Assembly: GCA_051362555.1 (NCBI GenBank) | Contig: CM120647.1 | Location: 16,406,651-16,470,650, forward strand | From: Lingula anatina | Taxonomy: Eukaryota > Animalia > Brachiopoda | Direction: 5' to 3' | DNA length: 64,000 nucleotides | Part shown: in pieces, positions 24,201 through 37,005 of the stretch | Numbering within the stretch: position 1 is the first letter of the stretch | How the letters are laid out: every line of letters begins with the position of its first letter | Position numbers and translations under genes: made by a program | The notes under the pieces: generated by a model | The model's input: only the letters and a program-made list of their open reading frames with translations | Database searches by the model: none | What the model was told of the DNA's origin: nothing

Positions 24201-27103
24201 CTGACGCCTCCCACATGATGACGGACTTCGCCAGCTTCATGATCAGTTTGTTTGCGTTGTACATTTCATCTCGACCTGCGACCAAAAAGATGAGTTTCGG
24301 ATGGTATAGAGCAGGTAATACTAGCTTTATTCAATATTATTCTCTTTCTCTCTTAAAAAGCAAATTTCTCTTTAAGAGAAGTTTGAATTTCTCTCAGTTT
24401 TTACCATTCATATGAAGACAGGATTAATTCTTTCATGTTTGTCTATTTCGTAGTTGACCTAGTTTGATAACTTGACTTAATTTTATGACCTTTTTTTAAC
24501 CTATTTACATGATTTGGCAAGACAACAGATCTTAATAATAAATGTTGGGATCATGTTTTTTATGATTGACCTCAAGGATTTTCAAGCTTATAAATCTTTA
24601 CATTTCTGCAACTTCACATATTTTCACATTTGGCAGTATTCTATGATCGACTTATTTCCATAACATGACCCATTTCGAATTCATATTTGACCTAATTACA
24701 TGAGTGACCTATTTGCATAACTTGACCTATTTCCAGAGGTGATGGGGGCTGTTGTATCAGTGCTGATGATATGGATAGTAACAGGAGTACTTGTATACCT
24801 GGCCATTCAGAGGTGTATCCATGAGGACTACGATATAGATGCCAAGGTCATGTTGATCACGGCAGGAGTGGGCGTGGCAGTCAACTTGATGTAGGTCATA
24901 AGCTGGTGGACGGGGCAAATTTGTTGTGTCAAAATTGATATGGCATTTTGTGATGGATTTGTGTGATATTATTAGAAGAAGAATGTGAAATGAAACTTAC
25001 CATGATAATTATACTTACCATGATACCTTGATTTGGCAAGACAACTGATTTTAATAATAAATGATGTACGAATCATACTTATTTTGATTGACATCAAGGA
25101 TTTTTCAAACATACTATGTGGACCAGCAGACCAATAGAATTACTTGGTAGCAGTTTTAGCCTATTTTGCAATTCTCTTTAGATTTCATTATTGGAATATT
25201 TTATTTTGCGTTGCACTAGAAGATCTGTTAGAATGAATGGTCTAAAAAGTTTAAACCAGAGACTTCTTTTTTTTTCTAGTCTGGGATTAACACTAGGTGG
25301 ACACGGACACAGTCATGGCGGCATGTCACACTCGCACTCTTCCACGGAATCCTTGTCACACTCCCACACCATTCATAGCCATAGCATCAATGATGGCGAC
25401 TCAGAGTCTGATTTGTCCAACTCGCCAGTTGAATATAGGAGTCAACACAGTCACTCACATGATGAAAATATTAACGTCAGAGCAGCATTTATACATGTCC
25501 TCGGAGACCTTCTGCAGAGCATTGGTGTTTTGATAGCTTCTTATATTATATATTTTAAGGTAGGATATTTTTCAGTTGACTATGAAGCAAGTTTGAAATT
25601 TTCCCGATTTAGGATTCCATTGGCTAGGTTCATATTTACTTATTTTTAATTATTTATTTTTTTGTGACAATGATCACAGTGTCTTAACTTCTATTTTTTT
25701 TTTTTTTTTTCATTTCCAGCCTGAATGGAAGATAGCAGATCCCATTTGCACTTTCCTGTTTTCAGTTCTGGTTTTGTTCACAACTATATCAGTGATGAAA
25801 GATGCAGTGTATGTTTTAATGGAAGGTTAGTGGAGGCTTTACACCAGCTCAGCTTCAGCCTTTTCTTCTTCTGTGGGCTTTAAACCATTTTATTAAAAAG
25901 ATTTTGATTCCATTTTTTTTTACAAGTGCTTTATTTTCTTCAACATGTCAGAGAAAATATAATTGTAAATACAAGACTTTCTCTGTGTTACAGTGTCTTA
26001 CTGAGCAGTCATGTGTAAGGTGTGATGCATTGTAAATAATGTGTTAGGTGTGACAGTTGATAAGCTTTGATTCTGATTGGGTCTACTCAACTCTTACCAT
26101 ACAGGCAGAAGTTTATGTGAGGTGCATGCTTTGTCTGAAATAATACTTAAGGTTTCTTTCTTAAAGATACTCATTAGCCTTGTAAATTGTCAAAAAATGA
26201 TTGAAAATTTGAAAAAGAACATTAAACTGTCTATGATTTGAAAAAAATAACAAAACACAACCATTGCAGGATTTCTTTCATTATTCCAGCAACTCCAAGA
26301 AATATTGACTTTAAGGCTGTAAAGCAGAGTTTTCTAGAAATCCCCGGAGCCAGGGAGGTGCATAATCTACGAATATGGTCTTTAACCACATCAAAGCTTG
26401 CCCTAGCAGTTCATATAGCTATAGGTAATAGACACTTAGTATTGACAATAAGAAAGTAACCTACAAATTTGAATTTGATCAGAAAAAAATTTGTATACCA
26501 CTTTGGCAAGTTCACAAATTAAGGTTCAAAGATTCTTAACAACTTTGAATAAAAAGGAATATTTTACCGTATGTTTGCTGCTTCCTTTTGATTCTAGATA
26601 AGTGCCTCTTTGGCATTTTTCATCCTTAAATTTTGATCAGTTTGAAATAAAATACAAGCACATTAAAATTATAACAGAGTATCTTCTTTTTCAATTATTT
26701 TTACATCTCAAAGAAGAAGACTATGTGAGCTGTGTCAGTCTTTTAATAAAGATATATTCTGCTTTTATTTAAAGTTGGACAAACTCTAAAGAAATAAAGT
26801 TACAGTATATCTACTGCTTCCATTTATTTTCATATTTATAAATTCTTCCTATTTAGCAGTTACACCAATTAACGTCCAAAATATTTAACCAAAAATTGCA
26901 ATTTTAAACTGTGCATCTTCTTTCATTTTTTTAATTTTTTTTTTTTTTTTTCAGATTTAAAACAAACTGACTATGAGACAGTCCTGCGTCAGTCATCGTT
27001 GCTCATACAGCAAATGGGCATACAGGAGCCCACGGTACAGGTGGAGGCGTACCAAGACGACATGGACGACTGCTCGCAGTGTCAAGACCCTGACTCTGAC
27101 TAA
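15511..27103 (+). CDS. SLC30A2: Zinc transporter ZnT2/3/8-like (SLC30, CDF family), ~443 aa
   Basis: Exons 15511-15695, 21463-21524, 23526-23639, 24168-24314, 24737-24890, 25280-25559, 25720-25825, 26290-26424 and 26955-27103 total 1332 nt in frame. Motifs: [21 protein letters not shown], His-rich loop, [39 protein letters not shown]-terminal CSQC. The first two exons are less certain. Confidence 0.93.
18675..18825. mobile_element. Foldback MITE (~150 bp)
   Basis: Long imperfect inverted arms GGGCTCCATATCTCGAAAGGTTGCTATGTTGCGCACG..CGTGCGCAACATAGCGAACCTTTCGAGATAAGGAGCCC. Confidence 0.8.
18830..18907. mobile_element. MITE fragment, second copy at ~60890-60968
   Basis: TCTGATTGCATTCAGCG..GTCC.CGTGGACTTAG..ATTCA.TGTGAA.GG..CCTTA is shared by both sites. 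Confidence 0.65.
18911..19126 (-). mobile_element. PIF/Harbinger(Tourist)-like MITE family, copy 1
   Basis: Reverse-complement similar to 55559-55768 and 60534-60779; terminal inverted TTCCCA.AGAT.T.GATC.ATC; TTA on the left flank. Confidence 0.8.
19955..20300. repeat. ~182 bp tandem duplication in ZnT intron 1
   Basis: GATAATGTT..GTCATAGGATGG.AATATTCATCTGTGATAA.TCTCTTAACTAAGGAA occurs at ~19960 and ~20142. Confidence 0.85.
22370..22770. repeat. Degenerate AT-rich tandem repeat (TTTTATGATTAACTTTT)
   Basis: The motif recurs several times with variable spacing. Confidence 0.6.
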
Positions 27104-27624
27104 ACTTAGCTTAAATGACACGCTTTTTTTTTGGTTTGATCAAGTTTTTTGATGAAATCCAGACAGACTGAAGTGAACTCAGATCAGATGACATGCATTT
27201 TCTTTGGATTGATCCAAATTTTATTAGGCAAAATCATGACTCTAATGGAACTCAGTTGGCACAAGAGAGTGACCCGTGCAATTTTTTTTTTTTTTTTTTG
27301 GGGGGGGGGGTCATCAAGATTTTATCAGGAATAGGCATCTTAAGTTACACTCAGGATGAAGACCTTCTTTATGTTGTGGAAATGGGGTTGTATTTTCACC
27401 AGCAGACGACCAGATCACATGGAGACAAAATGGCCTCTCTTTGTCACAGAACCACTGAAGTGATATGCCGTATTGACTTCCAGTAAAAGATGAACAAACT
27501 GAGCAATCCGCATTCCATGATTCCCTCACCCTCAAGTACCAAGGTATACCACACCATACTGCTCATTGAACTTTGATAAATCCAGTTTTCAGTTCTAGTT
27601 CTGTAGTCTCACCTCATTAGAGAT

Positions 27625-27894
27625 AGGGGCCATTCAGAATAGATGATCCGAGTACTAACTGATTCGCCAACTAAATATGGCCGACCCCACTTCAGAAGTG
27701 ATGCCGCTGATTCTCGATGGTCTCCCCGCCTCCACATATGCCATTAAATGGATTAAATCTTGGCTCTGGGGTTTAAATGCTAGACCCCGTGTGTAGAGGC
27801 GGGGAGATAATCATGTATCGCTTTTGAACTGGGGTCTGCCATATTTAGTCGGCAGATCAGTTAGTACTCTGATCATCTTTTCTGAATGGCCCCT
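27625..27894. mobile_element. 270 bp foldback MITE in the putative ZnT 3' UTR
   Basis: Arms AGGGGCCATTCAGAA.AGATGATC.GAGTACTAACTGAT.. and ..ATCAGTTAGTACTCTGATCATCTTTTCTGAATGGCCCCT pair over more than 100 bp. Confidence 0.88.
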
Positions 27895-30138
27895 TTGACT
27901 CTATAGTCCAGTACTGAGTACTAGTTTTCTATTCACTTTCATAAAAGAAGGACAGAATTTTACGGATTTGTGGATCATAATTGGTCATGGATAATGAAAA
28001 ACTTTGGTGATATATTTAACTATTTGTATTTAAACTCAATAATCACATAATAATCAGTTTGCCAATTTAATTGAAAAACAGTTGTTATTGATTTAAAAGA
28101 TATTGCAATATTTACATGTGATATTATCACTGACATATGTTATTGATATGCATTATATATTTTGGAGACAGGCTATTAGCATAACATTTATCTTTTTTAT
28201 ATGTATAATAACGTACCATATGTTATGAACTGCACATACTGTTAATATTGAACTGTACATATATACAGGAATAAAATGGTTAAAATAATGCTTTATTGAG
28301 TTTTATTGTTTTTGTTTTTCGTTATATCCTCAATGAATATTTGGAACAAATCAACATTTAGGAAATAATCACTGCAATAACTTTATTATTAACTGCATTA
28401 TTTGTGTAGTAGTAATTGTGAAAGTGTACAGAGATAAACCTTGACTAGTTCACCTACAATTTATTAACAAATTAAATATTTTTACTAACAATCCAGTCAT
28501 AAGTCACAAATTACTTAAAAGCATCTGCAAATACATAACATTAGTTTTTGCATCAAAACAAATGCAGACTTAATTTATATAATAATTTATCTAATGGTTC
28601 TGTGCTAAGACTGGCTGAATTTATAACTAAAACAATTATTGATGATTATAATGCTGGTTATAAAATATTGCATAATTTGACATTGCAGATACTCAACAAA
28701 TACATTTTTTATAGTTCTGTTATTATGACCTAAATAAAAAATAATCATAAAATAAAATGCCATGTACAAATAAGGAATTCATATTATATTAACACCTCAA
28801 GATGGAGAGCGATCATGTTTGAATTAGCAACAACCTGAATAATCAACAATTATTTAACATTGTGTAATGCTGTATAAAATATTACAAGAAACACACTATC
28901 ACAGATGATTATTCTAAATACAATATGAAACCACTGTAAACACTGTACCCTTATGATTAAGATATATGTTAAGTTAGAGAACTGATGAAAATCGAATTTT
29001 CTAATCATTCCCATATAGGAAAAGAATATAAAATTATTGTGGACTTGGGAATTACAGATTATTTATCATTAACAAAAAGGTTTACAGTGTCCAAGACAGG
29101 AAAATATATGTATTTCTGTCATCTTTTATAGTAACTTAAAATTGATAACATCTTACTAATTAACCAATACTTAACTACTTTTTACCCATTTTATGTTCAA
29201 AATTACATTACTGGGCCAGTTACTCAGTAAATTTTTTTTTTGAATTATTTATTGCTGGTCCGATAACAAACATATTAGTCTTTTGCTTCATACCAACGGC
29301 AAGTGTTGTACACTAACGAAATAGAGGATACAAATATACTTGGCAGACCATCTTAAAATGACTAATTAGAAATAAGCATATAGAACAGTAACTGTTTTTT
29401 CCACTGGGTTATAACTCTTTATCAAAACATTTTTCTGGCTAGCTCTCATATAAAATATACAGAACATCACTTGTAAATAAGTTTAACCAAAGTAAAAATA
29501 AGTTATTTTTTAATCAAATTTCATTGAGTTGCTGAAAAAGAGTTTAAATATAATTAGAAACAATATGGCACCAATTTTAATGCTGCCAGTTAAACTAAAC
29601 AATCTATCGCGAATGTTCGCCTCTATTTGCAAAATATCCAAAGAGTCAAAGCCTGTGTCTTTCACTTCTCAGCACAGTTGCCGCTAAAACTGGAAGGCCA
29701 GAGAAAACTACTGATGTCTGAGTCAAATCTAACGAGTTCTTAGAAGAAAACTACACTTAAAGGAAAAATAATCTCAAAGAATGTCTAATATTTCCAGAGG
29801 TATAAATGGAGTAAAAACTTCATTAAAATCCAATTTTTTAAACAGTAAATTAATTAGTCAACAGCCCCAGACTGATAGCTTATAGATGTGCCAAAAGTCA
29901 CTTTAGGACCAGCAATTATAAATTATGGGGAAAAAATTGCCATAATGAATAACTTCTTGACAAACAGACAGACAGATAGCAAGTTCAATACAGCAGCTCT
30001 TATAACTGTCGTCAGTCTCTTGGACGGACTAAACACAATTTTCTACCAGTCCTTAAAATTTTGACTGGTTGGACCGACTATTTCGTCATGATTGACTCTT
30101 GACACAGACTGTATTTATTTGGAATTCTTGGCAGTCTA

Positions 30139-32895
30139 TTAAGAACATTTCAGCCTCCACATGTTCCTCCCTTCCTCTTCAACTCCATGTTCTATAAACA
30201 AATAAAATATCATGTAATCAAATGAAATAAATACAATAAATAAGATGCTGTTACATGAACAAAATAAAAAAAAATCTTGTTGATCTTAATACAAGTTGTG
30301 GCGTATTCATGAACCTACACAGCTGAATCTTATGTTTTAATTCACCAATGAAAGACAACCACTATTACATACAAGTAACAATAAATCAAGATATCCAAGG
30401 ACTAGAAAAATTCATTTTAAGAGTTAAAGGACTGCAACCCATGCAATGCCTCCCCTTTAAGCAACCATATAATAAATGTTTAAAATTCAAAGTTCTTTAT
30501 TTTCAGTATTTTGGAAATTTTTTCTTATAACAATTTGTATATAAGTAATCAACAAAACTGTTAAAGGGATAATAACTCTTTGTTTTGGCAAATAAATGAA
30601 TTTTCCTGGAGTAAACAACAACTTTCCCGTACTTACCAATGGTTAATGAATCCATTTTTACATTAGTTAGTTAGTCCCTGTTTTTTTTTCTAAAAAGTTT
30701 TTTTTTTTTATAATCTCTTAAGAGATTATAACAGAGTATAGCTATCAATGGAGGTCACGTAATCTGAAGACAAGCTCAGATATCAGAATAATAGCTATAA
30801 CTGTCATTTTTCTTGTACAACAGAATATATTATATTTCTATGAGCTGTTCACAATGTTTTTATTGTGAAATATAGAGCTCATATGAAGAGTTATTTTTAT
30901 TATTATGAAATGGTATTTATCGTAATTGTGTCTCATGGTAAAATATGTCATGCTTCTCAGGTAAAATACATTCTTATATAAGTCTAAAAAGATATCATTT
31001 TTTTTAAGGTCAGACTGTTCTGAATGAGGAGATTTATTATATAATAATTATATAATAAGTTTTTAAGTCAAACTGATACGTTTTCAATCGTATCCATGTT
31101 ATCAACTTACCAACTCTGTTTTCTTTGAGCAGTTTTTCAAGATGGTGGCAGACATTGTCAGCAGCTTTATTATGGAGATGTTCAGGTGTCTCCTGAAATA
31201 TATTAAATATTGACCACACCTCTGAGTGACAAGTTATATGACCCCCCCTACTGAATTCAACAGTATTAAAAACCATGAAGCAAAACAACTTGTCAAGTAA
31301 AATGTCAAGGTTATATACAAGTATTTGTGTCAGTGTTCTTTTAAATGTGTCAATAAAAGATCAAAATATAAATGGAATTATTCAACTTAAAAATATGGTA
31401 CATTTTTAGGTTTAAACCATCACTTCACCTTAACTAAAAATAGATTTGCAAAAGTTGTCAATTACGTAAAAAGCATCAATTCTTTAAATAAGTAAACCAA
31501 ATGTAACAACACGCATACAGTCTGTGAACAGTGCTACCTCACTGTTACATAAAACTGACACTTAATTATCATACATTTCCAATAAACACAAAATTAAATG
31601 AACACCATTTTACTGCATTTAAATATTTAACTAATTTTAAAAAATAAAATCCAACATTTTCACTCACTGTATAGATAATCTTTACTAGGTCCATACAAGA
31701 CATGAAAACCCCTTTGTGCTTTTCAAAAACTTCCAAAATTTGTTGCTCTCTCAGCATTCTGTGCGCGATATATTCGTTAATCTTCTCTACAGGGTTGGTG
31801 ATGACAGGCCCATGGCCGGGATAAATAATGGTGGGTTTCATCTTCAGCATTAACTCCAAAGATTTCATGTACGTGTAGAAGTCTTCAAAAACCTAGAAAT
31901 TCAAAGCATGAACATGAATATGCTTGTATCATTTATAACTTTTTTTTTCTCATTAGTTCTTTGTGTCATGTACCATTTGTATTCATCATTTCATCTATGA
32001 AATCATTAATTAAATTCTATATAACAAGAACAATGTATTATGATCATTACTATTATCATTATTTTTATCATCATCATCATCATTATTTTCATTATTATTA
32101 TTATTATCATTATTATAACTAAAACTGTGAAAATAGGGGGGAATGCACAGCTGAGGAGGACACAAAAATTTGATGCTCTTGAAAATCTCAAGTAAAAACC
32201 AGATAACTAAAGGTATGAACTTCATCTATGCAACTGAGTGAGCAAAACAAGTGATCGAAAAGGGCAGAAAATGTCAATCAGTCAAAAGCAGTCAAAAAAA
32301 AAAAAAAAAAACTCCTCGAAATTGCATGAGACATTAGTAAGCACTCCTAGGACAATGGAGAAAAGACAAAGACAACGATCCACCCCCTCTCCAAAACTTT
32401 TAATTGATGAAGTAGCCAAGAAAAATCAGAATATCAGAGTCCCCAAAAGGGAACGAAAGCGTGGACAGTGACGAAGAAAGTCCTGCGCCGATGTGTAATA
32501 CAGAAAAAAAAATTCACATTTATCCTAAAATTGATAGATCAAAAACTTGAACAAATAGACTACATCACAAACACGGCAGAAGCAAACAAAAACATGCTTC
32601 AAGAACTGCTAGTGAAGATAAGTGACCTCACAGACAGTCTAGCATTCACGCAACAAGAAGTGGAAGACTTGAAGGAAGAAAATAATGTGCTCCCATATAT
32701 ATATATGCTGACAAGTGGACCAATGATTTTACACATTTTGATTCAAAATATTACATGAAACAAGCCCATGTGACATATTATACTAGTACTTGTATGATCA
32801 AAACAGAATTTACACCAAGTAAGCTCGATCAAAGTTTTTTTGCACTAAAGGGTATCATTTAAACCATCTTTCTCATAATAATACTAATAATAAAA

Positions 32896-32929
<34 letters not shown>

Positions 32930-34945
32930 TAACCTACAGCAGTTCCTTGTCCTAGAATACAATCTCCAGAAAACAAGGCATTTTCTTCCTCCAGGTAAAA
33001 ACTCAGGTGATCATCTGTGTGCCCAGGTGTGTACACAGCCCTGGAATGAGATCATAAAAAAAAATAAGTGAATCTACAGAGTGTAGCCAGCAATTTTAAA
33101 AGGGGGGGGGGGTCTTTTTCTGAAAAAAAGGGGGTCCTTTTTACCCCCTTAACTGACCCAACTTGAGAGCTGGCATAGAAACCCAGGCAACAGATTTTGA
33201 TATGGAGGGGACCCTTTCTAGCTAATAGGAAAGTACTTTGGAACCTATCCCAAATTTTCAGACCTAATTCACTGAACATCTTGTTTCACACTTAAAACAA
33301 TATGTCACAACTAACACACAGTCACATCCAACACATCACACCAGACATAATGTACCACATGATGTCATCCAACACAATGTCACACCTAACACATTCTGTC
33401 ACACCTAGCACAATGACTCACCTTAGCGTTCCACCTTCTGTCTTAAACACCTTCCCATCTTCTATAAAGCTGTACTTCAGTCCATCTCCCAGTGGGACAT
33501 CTTCCTTGCTGATTCTTTGGTATTTGGAGATTGGCAAGTCTGACGCTGTAAACAGATTTTAGTTTAAAACATACAATGATAAAATTACTGATATAGTATA
33601 TATATATATTTTTTTTTTTGATTGAGGGTGTGTGCATATCTGGCACCTGACCTTTATTTATTTGCAGACGTGGTACTTAAAAAAAAAAATTCAAATAATC
33701 TTTTTTTCACAATAAAGGAGCAAAAGGAGAAGAACACCCCCCCTCCCCCAATGGACCAATAATAACATCCTGTGCTTTGGTCACATGTGACATGAAGTAC
33801 CACATCTACATTTTCATGATTATTTACTGGTCAGTCCTCTATAGCAAACACTTGTCGATGTCCGATTCCAGTTTTGGCACTTTTTGGCCCAGATTCATAT
33901 ATTTTAAAGCTGTTTGGTTGTGTTTAACAAGGATATCAGGTTATTCGTTGTCGATTATGAGGGAAAAGCGAGTCCAAAATCTAGTAACTCAACCAGAAAC
34001 ATATTTTCATAAATTTCATTTTATTTTATAATAAACTACTGAGCACAAATACAATTTTTTCAAAATATAAAATCAACATGATTATAAAACTAATTAACAA
34101 TAAAAAGATTTTATGGCAGAAGAAAATACTTAGCCTACTTCAGGTTTGGTAAATTTCAGGTCTAAAAGTCATTTCTGAAAAAACGTTTCTGATCATCAAT
34201 TGATTAATTATAATCATTAAATCTGAAGTTCAATTTGACATGTATGCAAAATCAATAGATATTTTAAAGAAAACATATTTTGTATATCTCATCATATTTT
34301 ACAATATTCCATTCAACTGGGTTGTGAAATGCACAGGATTGCAGCTTAAGTGGAAATGGGTCAACTTATGCAAGCTGTAATACAAGTTCACACAATTGGA
34401 ACTGCAAGTAAGTGGAAATAGCACTGGTAGGTTCAGGAAATTGTTGAGAGCTTCAGAAAAATGTGAAAAAAAAAACAAGGAAAGTTGAACGCTAGGCCTG
34501 GTGGCAAAAGTTTTAAAATTATGTACAATGGCCTTTTTTTTCCACTTTTTTTCTTTTGTGTCTTCTTTTTATTTCAATATTTTCACTGTTTCCATCCGAT
34601 GAATCGGATAAATCCAGCCACTGGAGTGGTCAGCTGTTTCAGCACTGAAAACAAAATAAAATTTCTTTCTTGGCTCAACATTTGAAACTGATTACCAAAG
34701 ACTGAAAATAATACCTTTTTTGTTTCAATTCAACATTTACATCTGAAGTGTACCACTTTACCTGATATTTAAGCTGTATTCCTCAACGAAAATAAAATTC
34801 CCCTTTCTTCCTCCCTGATCTCCCTCCTCCTCTCACACAAAAATTAATTTACAGAAAAATGGCCCGCTTCTTGTGTGCTCCCTCCCATCTTCAACCTCTC
34901 CCTCCCACATAAAAAAAGTGCATCCCCAGAGGTTCCCTGGAACAA

Positions 34946-34997
<52 letters not shown>

Positions 34998-35173
34998 GTT
35001 CCTTACAGTCAGTCAAGTCTTGGCATATTTCTGGGACTGCTCCAACATGATCCAGATGCCAGTGTGTCAGCAGGATCTCCTGTATGCCAGTCTTCTGATC
35101 ACGCAGCACCGTCTTTAAGTTCTGGAGGTATTCTGGGTGGTTTGGGTTACTGGTGTCCAGTAGGATCCTCCTG

Positions 35174-35236
<63 letters not shown>

Positions 35237-37005
35237 TGATAATAATAATAAAAAATAAAATAAAATAAAACATTGTTTTTCACATGAACACTGAACATGT
35301 GGTTTGAAGGCTACCAATACTTGTACTCAGAATCCTAACACTATAATAATCAGCCCATAATGTTGTAAAGTTCCAGCCAAAATACAGAAGAAACATGGTG
35401 CAAAAATTTTGTCAAGGGGTTGGGGGAGGTTCCTGCTACTGAAGGAGGAGGTACATTGTATTCGTAGGGCTAAGGTGAAAAAATGTTTGCGTTGCTTGTC
35501 ATTAGCATTACCTAGCATTCTATCAATGTTCTGGGTAACAATTGTAGCGATTTGGGGTGAGTGCAGAAAAACCACCAGCCAGACCAGGAATCGAACCCGG
35601 GACCCCTCGCTTACAGGGCGAGTGCTCTTACCTACTGAGCTACCCGACCAGTTCTACCTGTCCCTGGCACTACACTCCTCCCCCCAAATGCCGAAAGACG
35701 CGAGCCCTATCTAGGTAGATCACAATCCGCTAGGGGCGCTACAATCGTAACTGTCCACGGGCAGTGAAGTGTTAAACTGAAGTCGGCCTGCTGACAGTTC
35801 GCCTATGGAACCCCTTTTTTAAATCTCTCTTTTAGCGCTGCGTAAAAAAACTAATACAAGCCATTAACTAAATAAGTTGTAAATCAAAGAGTAAAATCCG
35901 GTCACGTGATTTTCCCATGTTGCAGTCTTTGACAAGTTTCGGTTCTGCTTGTTTTAAGTTTTGCCTCTACAAAATGCTAAAAAATTTCAGGTAAGTGCTG
36001 GTATCATCTTTTTGAAATTTATATCCAGCAAAGTTTATGAAATTTGCTATATTATGTAGAAAAATCATGAAATTTGAAGGTTGCGAAGTATAGTTAATTT
36101 AATCCGCAATATTACATGATGTGAAAATTACCACAGGGAAATAGCTCTGCCCTGATTAGTCACAGGCTATGTGAGCCAGACAATAGGCTGAGCACACAAA
36201 GACACACAGGGTGCTCTGCTGCGCCTGAGCGATCACTGCTGGTCAGTGGGCACAGGTTTTGAGCTGAGAAGTGTGGACACTTTTGGTGGATTTTTGCAGT
36301 TAAAAAACTTCAATATCTTTGTTGCTTGTAGGAATATTTAAAAAATTCCAAATGATTTCATCCGGTTTTTGCATTACCTTTCAGATGATATAAGTATTTT
36401 AATTTTCTGATCAGTTTGAAAATTTTTCTGATATACCTACCCTATCTCGCAACACCGCTGCCACCATTGTAGCGATTTGGGGTGAGTGCAGAAAAATCAC
36501 CGACCAGACCAGGAATCGAACCCGGGACCCCTCGCTTACAGGGCGAGTGCTCTTACCTACTGTGCTACCCGGCCGGTTCTACCTGCCCCTGGCACTACAC
36601 AATATTAATTATCAAAATATTTTGCTTCCCTAAAATGAATTTATTTATTATCCCCTTAGTTCGTAAATGAACCTGACACTGAATGGTGCATTAGAATCAC
36701 GGAGCAAATCTTAAATCCGGCATATGCATGCACAAAACATTTTCTAATTTGGATAAGAAACAGAATTATAACTTGGTCAGACTCCAAGACAACATCCCAG
36801 GACCAGGCAGGAGTCACGTCTCCCGATTTTAAGACAACCTCTGTTCTCACCACCGCTGACAGCTTTTACTGACAGTGTATTACCTTTCACCAGTTCCGAT
36901 AAGATAGGAATTCGTTCCCTGTAGCGTCATAGGGCCGGGGTTGCACCCAAGGAGACGCACAACCCGAGAAGAGAGCTGCTCAACTCTGGGTAAGATGCTC
37001 GCCAT
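30139..37005 (-). CDS. LACTB2: Endoribonuclease LACTB2 (metallo-beta-lactamase fold), 290 aa
   Basis: Exons 37005-36884, 35170-35007, 33545-33422, 33040-32938, 31892-31668, 31192-31111 and 30191-30139 total 873 nt in frame. Motifs: [63 protein letters not shown]. Confidence 0.95.
32238..32690 (+). mobile_element. Possible decayed non-LTR retrotransposon ORF1 fragment
   Basis: A-rich stretch antisense to the host gene with a coiled-coil-like frame [29 protein letters not shown]; frames are broken. Family assignment is by resemblance only. Confidence 0.35.
33302..33421. repeat. TGTCACAYCTAACAC-family minisatellite abutting the LACTB2 exon 3 donor
   Basis: About 6 degenerate copies ending in GACTCAC (minus-strand GTGAGTC donor). 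Confidence 0.7.
35577..35649 (-). ncRNA. tRNA-Thr(UGU)-like sequence inside the 3' LTR
   Basis: GGTCGGG TAGCTCAGTAGGTAAGAGC A CTCGC CCTGTAA GCGAG GGGT CCCGGGTTCGATTCCTGG TCTGGCT followed by TTTTT. It has C at position 33 and a wobble-rich acceptor stem. Confidence 0.7.
35712..36439. mobile_element. 728 bp non-autonomous DNA transposon nested in the TRIM
   Basis: Termini TAGGTAGATCA..TGATATACCTA (10/11 inverted match), flanked by the direct repeat CCCTATC (35705-35711, 36440-36446). Confidence 0.75.
36502..36574 (-). ncRNA. tRNA-Thr(UGU)-like sequence inside the 5' LTR
   Basis: Second copy of the cloverleaf at 35577-35649, with acceptor-stem and D-arm substitutions. Confidence 0.65.

Larger units (their letters stand above)
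35543..36599 (-). mobile_element. Miniature non-autonomous LTR retrotransposon (TRIM) with tRNA-like sequence in its LTRs (Helenus-type)
   Basis: 132 bp LTRs at 35543-35674 and 36468-36599 (TGTAG..CTACA, ~7 differences); 4-bp TSD CAAT (35539-35542, 36600-36603); PBS TGGTGGCAGCGGTG (36466-36453) complementary to the tRNA-Leu 3' end including CCA; polypurine tract GGGGGGAGGAG (35685-35675). Confidence 0.92.

Noticed and set aside
34891-35298. Poly-Tyr and poly-Asn ORF extensions
   Set aside because: They come from (AAT)n and (ATAA)n microsatellites flanking LACTB2 exon 2.
35577-36574. Two bona fide tRNA-Thr genes
   Set aside because: They are embedded in LTRs, have C33 instead of U33 and a wobble-rich acceptor stem, so they are treated as transposon-borne tRNA-like sequence.
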